A program made the position numbers and the translations under genes. Below, piece by piece: positions 48,151 through 60,623 of a DNA stretch of 64,000 nucleotides. Every line of letters starts with the position of its first letter. The stretch's first letter is position 1. The stretch comes from Mustelus asterias (Eukaryota): NCBI RefSeq assembly GCF_964213995.1, contig NC_135822.1:39246001-39310000 (forward strand). The letters are read 5' to 3'. A model generated the notes under the pieces. The model was not told the origin of the DNA. It saw only the letters and a list, made by a program, of their open reading frames with translations, and did no database searches.

Positions 48151-49174
48151 TGTTAGGATCTGACCAGTGGTAAGTGCCGCAGAAACCAAATCCCAGAGGG
48201 AAACTTGGCAGGCTATCACAACTCTTTTCTTTTTGTATTTTTGCCACGAGAAGATGCATGTACTGAAATCAGAAGCCACAAATGACACGCTTGGAGATTT
48301 TAAATATGAAATTAAAACATTTATTAACAAATGAAAAGAAAACTTAAGACACCCAAGATTACATTTACACAATTGAAATTAGTCCTACAGAACATTTCCC
48401 CAAAAAGATTTCCTACTTGGTTAGACTCCCAAATAAACAACCCTTTATGCAAGAGTTCCTTAATAGTTTGAGTAACATTGCCACAAGGCGAACCCACTGT
48501 TGCAGTAGGGGAGGTATGTCACAGGAATTCTCTCTTGCTGCCACTCTGCTGTGGAAATTCAAGAAACTTTAAAACAAAACCTATATTTTGAAAAAAACAA
48601 CACTTTTCTGGGTTGGCTGGAAGCTCTTCATTTTGCGCCTTCACAGCTCTGTCCCCAGCACAGAGTGACACTCTAGGAGGTCTTCCAAGGCCACTCCCCC
48701 TATGCTCTCAGCATCTCCCCTTCAGTACTTTCCCCCCTCTTTCACCTTGATTCAATTGTCCTTGTCCTCCTTTGGTATTTACCTTGCAAAGAATATTAAA
48801 AATCTTCTGTTTTCCCTATTTCCCCTACTTACAAGTAAAATAAAATTCATGAACCTTGCCTTATTTGTTTATGACCTTTTCCAAGTTGTGAATCCATTTT
48901 TGCTTCCCATTGAAATTTAACAACTTAATGCAACAAACCTTCTTTATCTCCTAATGCAAATTTCTACCCATTGTTTAATTGCTTATGGAAAATCCAACAT
49001 GGCCAGATTTGCTTCGAGTGCCTGCTGTCCATACCTAGACATCTTTGATGTCATCAACCCTGTAGACAAGTAGTCCCCAGCTTAAGTAAATTGCACACAC
49101 CCACAGCCATACGCCTGCTTCACAGAATAACACAATAAACCTCAAAAAGTGTCAAAAATAATATTTTCTTTACA
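48151..49174. mobile_element. Probable solo LTR (about 1 kb)
   Basis: TGTTAG...TTTACA ends; flanks atag/acag (1 mismatch); non-coding interior. Confidence 0.5.
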
Positions 49175-49647
49175 ACAGTGACTCCATGGTAGCACTCTTG
49201 CCTTTGAATCAGAAAGTTGAGAGTTCAAGGAGCTTGAGTGGATAATCTAGGCTGACCTCCCAGTGCAGTTCTCTCTCTCTCTCTCTGCCTTTTCATACGA
49301 GGCATTAAGTCAGGGTCCCAGCTGCCCTCTCAGATGGATCTAAAAGTTCCATGCCACTATTCTAAGGCAAGGAGGGTGGCTCCCTCCAGTGTCTGAGCTA
49401 ATACTGTGGTGTTCAAAATAGTGAACTGCTCTGATCGAGTAAGTAAGGACAAACTGTCAACGCTGACAGAGCGTCAGTAAACAGAGGATACGATACGTAT
49501 TTACGGTGATTTCCAAAACCGCCAGAGGTGACATCAGCGAGTTGGGTACGATCTGGGATGCACTGCCTGAAAGGGGGCTGGAAACAGGTTCAAAGGGGAA
49601 TTGGATAAATACTTAAAGGATAAAATGTTACTATGCTATTAGAATTC

Positions 49648-50028
49648 CTGATAGAAGTCTGCAAGATTATGAGGGGCATGGACAGAGTGGATAGTCAGAA
49701 GCTTTTTCCCAGGATGGAGGAATCAATTACTAGGGGGCACAGGTTTAAGGTGCGAGGGGCAAGGTTTAAAGGAGATGTACAAGGCAAGTTTTTTACACAG
49801 AGGTTGGTGGGTGCTTGGAACTCGCTGCTGGGGGAGGTAGTGGAAGCAGATACGACAGTGACTTTTAAGGGGCATCTTGACAAATACATGAATAGGACGG
49901 GAATGGAGGGATACAGTCCCCGGAAGGGTAGGGGGTTTTAGTTCAGTCGGGCAGCATGGTCGGTGCAGGCTTGGAGAGCTGAACAGCCTGTCCCTGAGCT
50001 GTTATTTTCTTTGTTCTCTTTGTTCTTT
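49648..50028 (+). mobile_element. CR1 3' fragment, same subfamily as 22955-23574
   Basis: LIEVCKIMRGMDRVDSQKLFPR peptide; GTTCTCTTT tail. Confidence 0.88.
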
Positions 50029-50419
50029 GAAAGAGCGGGGAATAGGATGAATTGGAAAGTTCTACCAAAGAACCTACACCAACACAGGGGGCCAGATAAT
50101 CTCCATCTATGTTGTATCATTTAAATGATATTGATTTCTAACCAACATTAGTGAAACACAACAGATAAATCTGCTCAGTTATTAGTGTTTGTGGTATTTT
50201 AATCGTGGCTGTTTTCCCTATGTTACAGCCGTGATTCCATTTCAACTCACTTTAATTGGTTGTGAAGTCATGGGGTTGTGAAAGGTGCTTTAGAAATGCA
50301 AGCTCTTTCTTGTACTGTGTGTTTGCATAATATTTAATGACCTGATTGCAAAATAAACTGTTTGTTCCCTTGTTTTTTTACCTTTCTAGTTAATTTTAAC
50401 CCTTTATTTTGTGCTGCAG

Positions 50420-50560
50420 GAGAAACAATTCCGATCATTAACACTGGGCCACAGGATGTTACTGTAATCCAGGGTGGCACTGCGTCCTTCAATTGTGAGG
50501 TTGTTGAGGGAGCTCGGCCATTCCAGATAAAGTGGAAAACGCCTAATGAACCACAACAAG
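50420..50560 (+). CDS. HSPG2: HSPG2 exon (ETIPIINTGPQDVTVIQGGTASFNCEVVEGARPFQIKWKTPNEPQQ)
   Basis: gctgcag acceptor, G|gtacac donor, 141 nt, phase 1 to 1; resembles human TVQQGQDASFKC...WKT. Confidence 0.88.
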
Positions 50561-51650
50561 GTACACTCCGATGGGGTTTGTGTAATATCTGATGCCTAAA
50601 GGCAGAGTTGGAGCTTGTTATGACATTGCCTGCAATGTGCTTTTGTGGGGGCTCCATGAATGGCCATTTCAATAGAGTCTTTTATATACAATGTCCCCAT
50701 CTCTTTACTTGCCCATGTGTAAATAGGGCACAGTAGCACAAACCATTTGCTGTCACTGTCAATAACTGTATGGTAAGCATACCGGCTATTTGAGGCGACC
50801 ACAGTGAATGACTCTCCTCGCGTAACCACTGCACATATTGGACACGGAGCCGCACACAGAGCCCAGCTGTAGAGATTGAGGCAGAACTGAATGATTTCTG
50901 TAGACAGGGTCGGTGTCAAAGGACAAATTAGGACTTTGTGGTACTTTACTGAGTCCTTTCAGTGTGAGAATCACGCAGAACCTTAACACAATCACCACGG
51001 CGTACATTGAACCATGAGTGGGTCAAAGTTCAAGAGTGCTGAGTCCAAGTAGTGTCTCCTATGATTAGTATAGTATAGTTCACAGAAATCCAGCAACAGA
51101 AAACCGTAATGGACTTTAAACAAAACAGTTTGAAATATAAAACATTAAACCCAACATGTCCACTGCAAGTGGTGGCTATTATCCTTTTCCTTGTTCTCTT
51201 TCTTGTCTTTTTAGCTGCATAATGCTGCAAGGAGAGCTGATTTGTCTGATAATAGGTGCACAGCAGTGGCAACTGGCCTCGAGAATTCCCTCTCTAGTAC
51301 ATTGTCCCATGAAGGCACACCAACTGAGTGATTGAGGTTCTCACTCTAGGGTTTAATGTGTCGCAATATTATATTCATGCTTGGACTTTGCCAGTCTGAA
51401 GTTTTATCCACCTCTGTGTGAACTCCTGACTGCAAACAGGCATAAATGTCACATTGCTACATCACCAGAAGTGAGAAGTCACCTATTTAATTATGCTTTA
51501 GTTGAGAAAAGGACTGCCTTATTGTTTGAAAGCTAATTCCAACCCTGGCAAACCTGAGCAAACTTAATAACCAAGCATTCCTTCAACTTCAAACAAAGTA
51601 AATGAGGGAACAGGATTCAGCATGAATTTTGATCATTGCTAAGTCATAGA

Positions 51651-51930
51651 ACAGTGGTGAGCACTGCTGCCTCACAGCACCAGGGACCCGGGTTCAATTC
51701 CAGCCTCAGGTCACTGTCTGTGTGGAGTTTGCACGTTCTCCCCGTGCCTGCTTGGGTTTCCTCCCACAATCCAAAGTTGTGCGGGTTCAGTTGATTGGCC
51801 GTGCTACATTAGCAGGGTAAATACATGGGTTTACGGGGATAGGGCCTTGGGGGGGGGGGGGGGGTGATTGCTGTCGGTGCAGGCTCAATGGGCCGAATGG
51901 CCGCCTTCTGCACTGTAGAGGTTCTATGAT
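51651..51930 (+). mobile_element. HE1/V-SINE-type SINE, CR1-type tail
   Basis: Match to the other copies, with an internal G run. Confidence 0.85.
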
Positions 51931-52088
51931 ATGGGGCCATGAAAGCATCAATAAACTGTTAACAATAGAATCAGTTGTTACTGTCCTTCATTGCTCAAGC
52001 CTGTATCTGTCAGCCTTTGCATTGAGGGCACTTGTGCAACAAGCACAGAACACATTTGAACTATTTATCTGCCCATCTTGCCTTTCAG

Positions 52089-52223
52089 AAAATGTGAAGA
52101 TCAGCAGTAATGGCTCTGTGATTACAATCACTCGGGTTCGGCAGAACGATCAAGGCCAGTACAAGTGTGTGGCTTTTAACCGGTTTGGATCAGCATCCAG
52201 CATAATGACTCTGATCGTACAAG
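52089..52223 (+). CDS. HSPG2: HSPG2 exon (NVKISSNGSVITITRVRQNDQGQYKCVAFNRFGSASSIMTLIVQ)
   Basis: ctttcag acceptor, G|gtacag donor, 135 nt; resembles human NVHISPNGSIITI. Confidence 0.92.
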
Positions 52224-52561
52224 GTACAGCGTTGTAAAGCAGCAAAGCTTTTAGGCTAATCTCTGTCAGTATAACTTCCCAGCTATCCTTGCACTCTGTC
52301 ACCAGACCTGACACGAACACTGGCCACTTTTCAACCTTTCTCTCTCTGGGTGAGATGATCCATGGTTTTGTGAATCTTCTCCAAAGGTTATTGGGATAAG
52401 TACACTGTTCACGTTGTGACCATTTCTTCCCTTTTATGTATTATCAAAGAATGTTTGGCATTTTATTGACATTTATCACATGACCATAGTATTTATAATC
52501 ATATCTCTTATCAATTATCTTTCCATACTTATCTCTCTTATCTAAAGTAAGTAATTCCTAT

Positions 52562-52868
52562 GGGTGGCACAGTGGTTAGCACTGCTGCCTCACAGTGCCA
52601 GGGACCTGGGTTCGATTCCCGGCTTGGGTCATTGTCTGTGTGGAGTCTGCATGTTCTCCCTGTGTCTGCGTGGGTTTCCTCCGGGTGCTCCGGTTTCCTC
52701 CCACAGTCTGACAGACGTGCTGGTTAGGTGAATTGGCTAAATTCTCCCTCAATGTACCTGAACAGGCACTGGAGTGTGGCAACTAGGGGATTTTCACAGT
52801 AACTTCATTGCAGTGTTAATGTAAGCCTACTTGTGACACTAATGAATAAAGTTTTTAAAACTTTTTAA
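52562..52868 (+). mobile_element. HE1/V-SINE-type SINE, second tail type
   Basis: Match to the other copies. Confidence 0.9.
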
Positions 52869-52992
52869 CTGTTTCAGTTAACTATGCTCCTAGTGGTCAC
52901 CTTACATTCTTTAATCGAAATCGAAAGTTATGTTACAGTAAATTCCATGTTTACTGTCCTGAACTCAATGGAACTACCCACTCCGTGGTCTT

Positions 52993-53233
52993 AAATAAAA
53001 GCAGAATACCACAGATGCTGGAAATCAGAAATTAAACACAAAATGTTTGAAAAGCTCCGTGGGTCAAGCTGGCATCTGTGGAAAAAGAAATAGAGTTAGC
53101 ATTTCGAGTCCATTATAATTCTTCAGTAAAACTCTGAAGTGTCATGCAGACTCAGAACTTTAACTCTGTTTCTCTCTCCACAAACGCTGCCAGCAAGACT
53201 GCTGAGCTTTTCCAGCATTTCCCATTTTTATTT
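52993..53233. mobile_element. Older palindromic element of a second family, probably Penelope-derived
   Basis: Imperfect inverted arms around about 53128 (gaaatagagtta / taactctgtttc; cttcag / ctgaag). Confidence 0.5.
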
Positions 53234-53249
53234 GTGGTCTTGCCTTGTC

Positions 53250-53655
53250 CTGGTGGGTAGTAGACTCACCCCTGAGTCCAAAAGTTGTGAGTTCAAACTT
53301 TGCATGACTTTGCAAACTTGATCATCTGATCCAAACTGACACTCCAGTGCGGTGCTAAGATGGTGCCGCACTGTCAGAAATTCCGTCTTCTGGATGTCCG
53401 GTCTCTCAGCTGAGTGTAGAAGATCTCCCTGCCCTGGACAAAAAAGTACAGTGGAGTTTTCCAGGGATCTGGCCACTATTATCCATCTCCCATTACCACT
53501 AAAACAGTCAGGTTGTGTCTGTGGGAGCTTGTTGTGCGCTAAACGGCTGCCGCATTTTCCTACATTGCAACAGTGACTGCATTTCAAAAAGTAACTTATT
53601 GGTTATGAAGCCCTTTGCGAAGTCCCGGAGACACGAGAGACATGATATTTTCTTT
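53250..53655 (+). mobile_element. Deu-domain SINE (SacSINE/AmnSINE-like); other remnants at about 49185-49405, 60770-60990 (-), 61200-61590 (-)
   Basis: ctgacactccagtgc...gcactgtcaga...cgtctt core and gtgggagcttgttgtgcg...cctacattgcaacagtgact 3' part. Confidence 0.6.
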
Positions 53656-54069
53656 ATTGTCAGTTTAGCATTCTGACGTCTTGTCCATTACATTAGTGGC
53701 TGTCGATTTAGAGCAGTGTGACATTAACTATGGGAATGTCAGGGTGTTCATCTAACTGTGCCTTAAAGTCGTACGCGGTTGCTTTTGTAACTTACTGGAC
53801 AGAATTCTCCCATTTTTGAGACTAAGTACAGCGGCGGTGCAGCTCCAGCCGACCAGAATGGTTGGATCCCGTGCCAGATTCTGCACTTGGAACCTCATTG
53901 ATTATGCTCAAGAGAGTTACCCTCTGACTCTTCCGGGGGGCTGGAAGCTGATTCGTCCGCCTGCCCTCAGCTGACGGGTTTGAAGGTCCCGACACCACAT
54001 TTAAAGATCAGTCCATCTCTCCAGCCCACCCATCTTTACCAGACCGTGCAGGATGTCAGCAACCCAGAG

Positions 54070-54933
54070 TGTTATAAAGCAGAGGTGGATCCCCCGCTCT
54101 GAGAACTAACACCGAAACACCCAAAAAGGAGTACCTCGCCCTATAATCTGTAAAAAGTGTGTGTGAAGTGGTGTGACCTGCTCTTCAGCAACTTCTAGTG
54201 GTTAAAAACAAAATAGATCCCTGACACACACAAGAATTTATTTATCTAACAGTGAACAAATTTACTAAACTATTAACAAATCGAATAAATCCCTTCTAAC
54301 TATTAACTATTCCTGAATAAAACTGCATTTTAATGGTATGCTGTTCAAATAAATACAATTCCCACTCACTAACAAAATAGAATTTAGTCCCTCTCTAACT
54401 TACAACCAGGTTTTGTGTCTTCCAGAATCTTCTGGGCCTTCTCTGTTGATTCTTCTGTCTGGAGCTTCTTTCTTCTCTGGTACCTTTGCTATCTAGATGT
54501 TGCTTTCTCTTAAGACATAGATGAAGCTGTGAGAGCCAGCGATTCTCTCTCTCTCTAGAGCTGTGAGCTGTTAGCTCTGGCAGGTGGCAGTTGCTCTCTA
54601 TTTTTGTCCCACTGCCCCTTCTTTTATAGCTGTTATGACATATCAATATTTCCCACAATAGGATTGGTCCCAGGTTGTCAGAATCATCAGATTTAAATTT
54701 AATAGGTTTTTGGTATCTAAGTGCCTGATTCAAATTGATTGGTGAAATTCAAAAGCCTGACATCTTGGTAAAAACTGCTGCTTGGCCTTTCAATACTAAT
54801 GTTTCAGTTTGGGTTCTCTGTGTACTTGCATTTTAAATCTCTAAACACAGAAAAGCACCATCTTTTAACTGGACCACGCAATGCTTTCCTAGCACTTTAC
54901 AATGTTACAAGCACCAAATTCTAACTTCCTACC
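54070..54933. mobile_element. Possible solo LTR nested in a GC-rich repeat
   Basis: Starts TGTTATAA; AT-rich block inside GC-richer sequence; 3' CA end and TSD not confirmed. Confidence 0.3.
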
Positions 54934-55629
54934 TCCCAATTTTCAATTACTCTACCCGACTTTGCAACACAGAGGGAAAAGGCTAGCAGCCTCGAGAGGA
55001 AATCTGTTCCTCGATTCAACAAGCCTCCACCTGGAGCCCATCACCTGTGAGGTACCCGTGCCTCACTTGGACTTCTACCCAGCGCATCTGGTGTCTTTAT
55101 GCATATCCTCCCAGTAAACAATGCGGTATCCCTTTGACCCCTTCATGAGCTTCTCATGTAGCCTTGTTGGGGTCCTGATTCCCTCCCGTCGGTCTTCCCT
55201 CTGCTTTCCATGTTCATGATCTTCATCTATCTCCTTTGCCTGCCATCATGAGCCATCGCCCTTTCCCTCCTCCTTGCACAGCCCCCCTTGTCATAGATAG
55301 GCCCCACTCCCTCACCACCCCCCCCAACCATGACAACACCTCCACGAATCACCTACCAACCAATCAGCACTTTCTTCACATGCAATATAAATTGTTGTTC
55401 CTCAGCTACAGTTCAGTAATTTCTTTTGAGCAGTCCTGATGAGTGCAGGATGAACAGATTTGGTGGCATTTCTCCTTTAAGCAACATGAATTGAATCCTA
55501 CATCTGTTATTCAAATAGGATTCCATCATAGCCTTCCTAGGTTGTACAAAGTAGTCCGTCACACTAGTGCTCAACGGTCTGTGTTTGTGTTTGATCAGTG
55601 GAAGTTTGTTTCTCCGTCTTTGCCTCTAG

Positions 55630-55811
55630 GACCGCCCACTGTCTCCGTCTCTCCCAGAGGTCCAGTCAGACTGGGTGTGGGCAATTCCATCACTCTGGAA
55701 TGTATAGGTATGGGGGAGCCCCGGCCTACAATCAGCTGGCGTCGGGTTAATGGCAGGCAAAGGAACAACATGGGGAGGCAGCAACCGAGAGAAGGTGATC
55801 CCATTCTGACG
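55630..55811 (+). CDS. HSPG2: HSPG2 exon (PPTVSVSPRGPVRLGVGNSITLECIGMGEPRPTISWRRVNGRQRNNMGRQQPREGDPILT)
   Basis: cctctag acceptor, ACG|gtgagt donor, 182 nt. Confidence 0.92.
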
Positions 55812-56713
55812 GTGAGTAAATATTGACATTCATCATCTTGTTGACTAAGACCCTCGCTCCAGTCATTTGATAATCATGACAACTTTACCTTTAAATCAAA
55901 CCACACCTTTATTAGGAAAATGTGAAAAAAAACTTAAATACTTGTGACTACTACAAGACTGATTCTCTTGCACTGTATCACAAGTAAATGCTTCAATTCC
56001 CCTATAAATCTACTACAATGAGTTTATAAGCATATATTTTCATTTACTAATATTCATCTAATGGACCTGCTGGCCAGGTGAGAGAGGGATCAGCCTTCAT
56101 CAAGCTTAGAACTTGACCTTTCCTTCTTCTTGCTTCTATAGTTCTCCTTCCAATTCTGCTTTCCAAACTTCAATATTTATCCTTTAAACTTAGCTGGAAA
56201 ATGCATTCCCGTACGTAGGCACAGACCATGGGTATATCTTTCAGATTTGTTTATTGCAAGCTCCCTGACCTTAGGGCCAGTTGCCCTTGATTATTTTAGC
56301 ACTCAAAATCAGTCTTCTGGCACTGTTAGGTATCTGGCTCCTGTCCATTTGATCGAATAGGGTGAGTTTATTATCAGGGATTTGTGTTGCTCTCCATCCT
56401 GCTAATTTGTCATGGTCAGCCTCTCCCTTGAAGACAACCAATATCCATTATCTTGCTGGCTGTATTGCCTATCGTAAAATCAAAGACATTTGTTGCAACT
56501 AAACATAGGTCGCATACTCACAGCCAGGAGTTAAAACCTCTTAGTTCTGAAGTTAGCCACATTTCCCATCAGGCCACAGTAATGTCCTTTCTTTGTTTGG
56601 GCATTTTGTATCAAACTATAGCTAGTCAGGTGCAGTCTCCTCTGCCAACATTATGAGAAAGTTCAACCAAGAGCAGATTGGTCAAAGGACATGTTAGTTG
56701 TGATAAAGTCAAA

Positions 56714-56840
56714 GGGGCGAATTTTCCCATTCCGCCCACCACGGAAATCGTAGCGGGCGAGGGGCGGACCATGGGAAGGTCCACTGACCTCGGGTGGGAT
56801 TTACCGGTGTTGGGGCGAGCGAGGCTGGAAAATCCTGCCC
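56714..56840. mobile_element. MITE with GGGCGAATTTTCC-type terminal inverted repeats
   Basis: gggcgaattttcc ... ggaaaatcctgccc; inverted homolog at 17565-17686. Confidence 0.6.
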
Positions 56841-58148
56841 AAAGTGTCCAATGTGATGATAGCTCCCTTAAATTATTACCCAACTTGTATCAGTTGTTAT
56901 TTATGTTTATTCTGGGCAAATAGGCTTTACTGGCGGGTCATTGTTGCCCGGGAAGGTGGAGATGGTACCTTGGTGAGAAGGTGTTGGTGATAGGAAGTTC
57001 AGTGACAACAGTTTCACTGTTGCATGCTGCTGTTTTGCTCCATTTTCTCACTCAGTGACAATTTTGATAAGTGGAATCTGAAATTGTTACCCTTTCAGTG
57101 AAGAGTGATGCCCCGGGCGAATAATGATCTTACTTGGGGAGCTGTGACCGAATTAAACTCAGCCACATTCAAAACCTTAGCATGGGCATAAAATACATGA
57201 TCCAGAATGTAATTGTTTCCAGGCCAAAACACCTATTTATATTGATTTATAGATTCATAAATTAAGGTGAATTATGAATCTACAAGCTTGGGGCTAATAT
57301 AATGCAGATGTTCATGCACCTTCATCTCACACATACACACAGCAAATACTGTTAGATGTACTTCTCCCCAAGAGTCTCTAAGTATAGGTACACACTATAG
57401 GGAAAACAGATTGATTTGATTTGATTTATTATTGTCACATGTATGAGTATACAGTGAAAAGTATTGTTTCTTGCGCGCTACACAGACAAAGCATCTTCAA
57501 AAACATAATGACTCTGGAGTCTAGCCACATGGATGGAAATGCAGATCCGCGGTGTAATTGTACCTAAGGCAAACAATTAGAAGTGAGCTGAAGGAAAAAA
57601 CTGATGTCACTTTAAAATCCCTATCAAACCCAAATTGATTTAAAAATCTTAAATTTGCATGCATTTCCTGTCTACAAAGTCTTATTTCCAGTTTTCCGTG
57701 CTTTTGTCATGTTTTTAAGTTGACCTTTTACTGTTACAACAGCTGCCCATCACATTCAGAATGGAAACTGGCCGTTGCAATCTTTTTTGCTGTAATTACA
57801 CCATCCCATCATTGCTGTGCCTCGGTTTTCTGTGTCCCAGTGTGACACTGTGCCTTTAAGAGATGTGTTCTTATCACGTTTCTTGTGAGGGGTATGTTTA
57901 AAATTCAGCTCTGGTTTACCTGGTGCCACTCTGTCTGCAAAGCTCCATGCTGAGAATGCAGGAGAATAATTGATCCTCGATAATAGGGTGTTTGTTTTAA
58001 TTTGGTTTATTTCCTGTTATATGACCTATAATGATTTGTGACTTTGCTCCAAATAGAAATAAAATGAATTTTACAAACACTTTGCGCAAAGATTGTGCTT
58101 CTTTAAGCTAACATAACCTTGGATCATTTATTACATTTTTAATTTCAG

Positions 58149-58344
58149 ATTTCTTCCGCTCGTCTGCAAGATTCTGGGACCTACTCCTGCACATCCACTA
58201 ATTTGTTCGGCAGTGCTGAAGCTCGGGTGGAGGTGATAGTCGAACGTTCGGCCTCCATACCTCAGACTCCCCAGGTTAGCTCTGTGGAACCATCCATAAC
58301 CGTTACAGCAGGGCAGGTCGCTACTCTGCGATGTTCAGCTACAG
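58149..58344 (+). CDS. HSPG2: HSPG2 exon (ISSARLQDSGTYSCTSTNLFGSAEARVEVIVERSASIPQTPQVSSVEPSITVTAGQVATLRCSAT)
   Basis: tttcag acceptor, G|gtatgt donor, 196 nt; not in the ORF track, read directly from the sequence. Confidence 0.92.
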
Positions 58345-58351
58345 GTATGTC

Positions 58352-58710
58352 ATAGAAACTTATTAACAGGATTAAACAGGGTAGATTCAGAAAAAAAATG
58401 TTCCTGATGTTGGGAAGACCAGAACTAGGGGTCATAGTTTGAGGATAAGGGGCAAACTTTTTAGGACTGAGGTGAGGAGAAATTTCTTCACCCAGAGGGT
58501 GGTGAATCTGTGGAATTTACTACCACAGAAAGTAGTTGAGGCCAAACGTTGTATGATTTCGAGAAGAAACTAGATATAGCTCTTGGGGCTAAAGGGATCA
58601 AGGGATATGGGGGAAAGGCAGGATCAGGATATTAAATTTGATGATCAAAAGAAATGGCGGAACAGGGTCGAAGGGACAAATGGCCTACTCCTGCTTCTAG
58701 TTTCTATATT
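58352..58710 (+). mobile_element. CR1 3' fragment starting just after the 58344 splice donor
   Basis: aatttcttcacccagagggtggtgaatctgtgg...ggcctactcctgct pattern. Confidence 0.8.
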
Positions 58711-58806
58711 TCGATGTCAGTGATATCATGAGCCTCAGGTATTCGTCATTTGGCTTTTCAATAGAATAGAACATTATTGAACATTAAATAGAAATTGCCC
58801 CACTGT

Positions 58807-59122
58807 GGGGCGGCATGGTGGCACAGTGGTTAGCACTTCTGCCTCACAGCGCCCGGGTTCGCTTCCCGGCTTGGGTCACTGTCTGTGTGGAGTTTGCACA
58901 TTCTCCTCGTGTCTGTGTGGGTTTCCTCCTGGTGCTCTGGTTTCCTTCACACTCCAAAGATATGCGGGTTAGGTGGATAGGCCATGCTAAATTGCCCCTG
59001 AGTGTCAGGGGGACTAGCTTGGGTAAATGCATGGGGTTATGGGGATTGGGCCTGTGCGTGATTGTGGTCGGTGCAGACTCGATGGGCCAAATGGCGGCCT
59101 CCTGCATTGTAGGGACTCTATG
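58807..59122 (+). mobile_element. HE1/V-SINE-type SINE, CR1-type tail
   Basis: Match to the other copies. Confidence 0.9.
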
Positions 59123-60157
59123 AATCAATAAAGTTTTATTCTTTCTTCCCTCTCTGGCTTATTTAAGCCTCCCCGGCCACTGTTGACAACATGCCCTCCC
59201 AATGAGATGATATGTCAATCAGCTCACTCAACAGGAGATGAATGTTTGATGCAGTGATTTTGAAAAGCACAGCCTTTACTAAGGAAGCAGCACAGATTGC
59301 TCAGTGAAACTGTTAAAAATTCTCTGCAACAATAAGATGGTAGAGGAAGGTCTCCTTAGGCTGTCCCTCAGAGTTGAGGATAACAGGATGTAAGGCATTG
59401 AACTTGGCAGACTTGAACATGCACCTAAGGTTTCCTATGTTTGCAGTTTATCTTGCTGCTTCTTAATCATTGATGAGGATTGTTAATGGGTGGAAATGAC
59501 TTGAGGTTTTTCAGAATTCTTGTCACATTATACAGAAGTTAGACTTTTTGATGCCCAATATTAACGTCCTCCCCAGATCCATCTGAGTCTCAACCTGGTG
59601 CTTGGAATAATGATGTAAATAAGCTTTCAACATTTCTGGTGGGATCTGTGCTAGTTTTTGAATAGTGAAACTATGGGAAGAAGTAGTGCCTATGATTTAT
59701 TTTTAAACTGGTAAGGAGGTACGTTTGTTTGTTTGAGTTTCCATGAGTTTGGGCGTGGCTGTCAAGGCCAACATTGGTTGCCAACCCCTTGAGAATCATT
59801 AAGAGATAATCACATTGCTGTAGGTCTGGAGTCACATGTAAGCCAGACATGGTAAGGATGGTAGATTTCCTTCCCTAAAGGACATTAATGAATGGGATAA
59901 GTTTTTATAACAATGATAATTTCATGGCACCATTATTGAGACGAGCTTTCAATTCCAGATTTTTTAATTCATTGAATTTAGATTCCACCAGTTGCCGTTG
60001 TGGGGTTTGAACGGCAGAGCATTAACCTGGGCCTCTGGATTATTAGTCCTGTGGCATAACCACTAATCCAGCATCTCCCCCAGGCATTGAACACCCTTAT
60101 GGGAACAAAAGAGAATTCAGCCTAAAATGTAGCGAGTTTCTTTGTCGGATTAAACCT

Positions 60158-60320
60158 TAGAACATAGAACATTACAGCGCAGTACAGGCCCTTCGGCCCT
60201 CGATGTTGCACCGACCAGTGAAACCAATCTAAAGCCCATCTAACCTACACTATTCCAATATCATCCATATGTTTATCCAATGACCATTTAAATGCCCTTA
60301 ATGTTGGCGAGTCCACTACT
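60158..60320 (-). mobile_element. CR1 extreme 3' fragment
   Basis: (GTTCTAT)n tail like the 273-2051 element. Confidence 0.75.
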
Positions 60321-60443
60321 CATATTGCCCGCATTGATGGGCACTGATATGAAGTATTAATCTTATATTTATCTGTTCTTATTATTGCCAGCTTTAAGCC
60401 AGTGCCACATTCTCTGGTTGATTGTTCTCTTTGTTCCCTCTAG

Positions 60444-60623
60444 GTTACCCCACTCCAATTATACAGTGGTCTAAACTGCGGGCCCCACTGCCATGGCAAC
60501 ACAGGATTGTCAATGGGTCTTTGTTTATTCCAAACGTGGGACTGCAGGATTCGGGCCAGTACATCTGTAACGCCTCCAATTCTGCTGGATTCGCCGAGTT
60601 GTATATAGAGTTGGATGTAGAAA
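60444..60623 (+). CDS. HSPG2: HSPG2 exon (YPTPIIQWSKLRAPLPWQHRIVNGSLFIPNVGLQDSGQYICNASNSAGFAELYIELDVE)
   Basis: cctctag acceptor, A|gtaaga donor, 180 nt. Confidence 0.94.
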
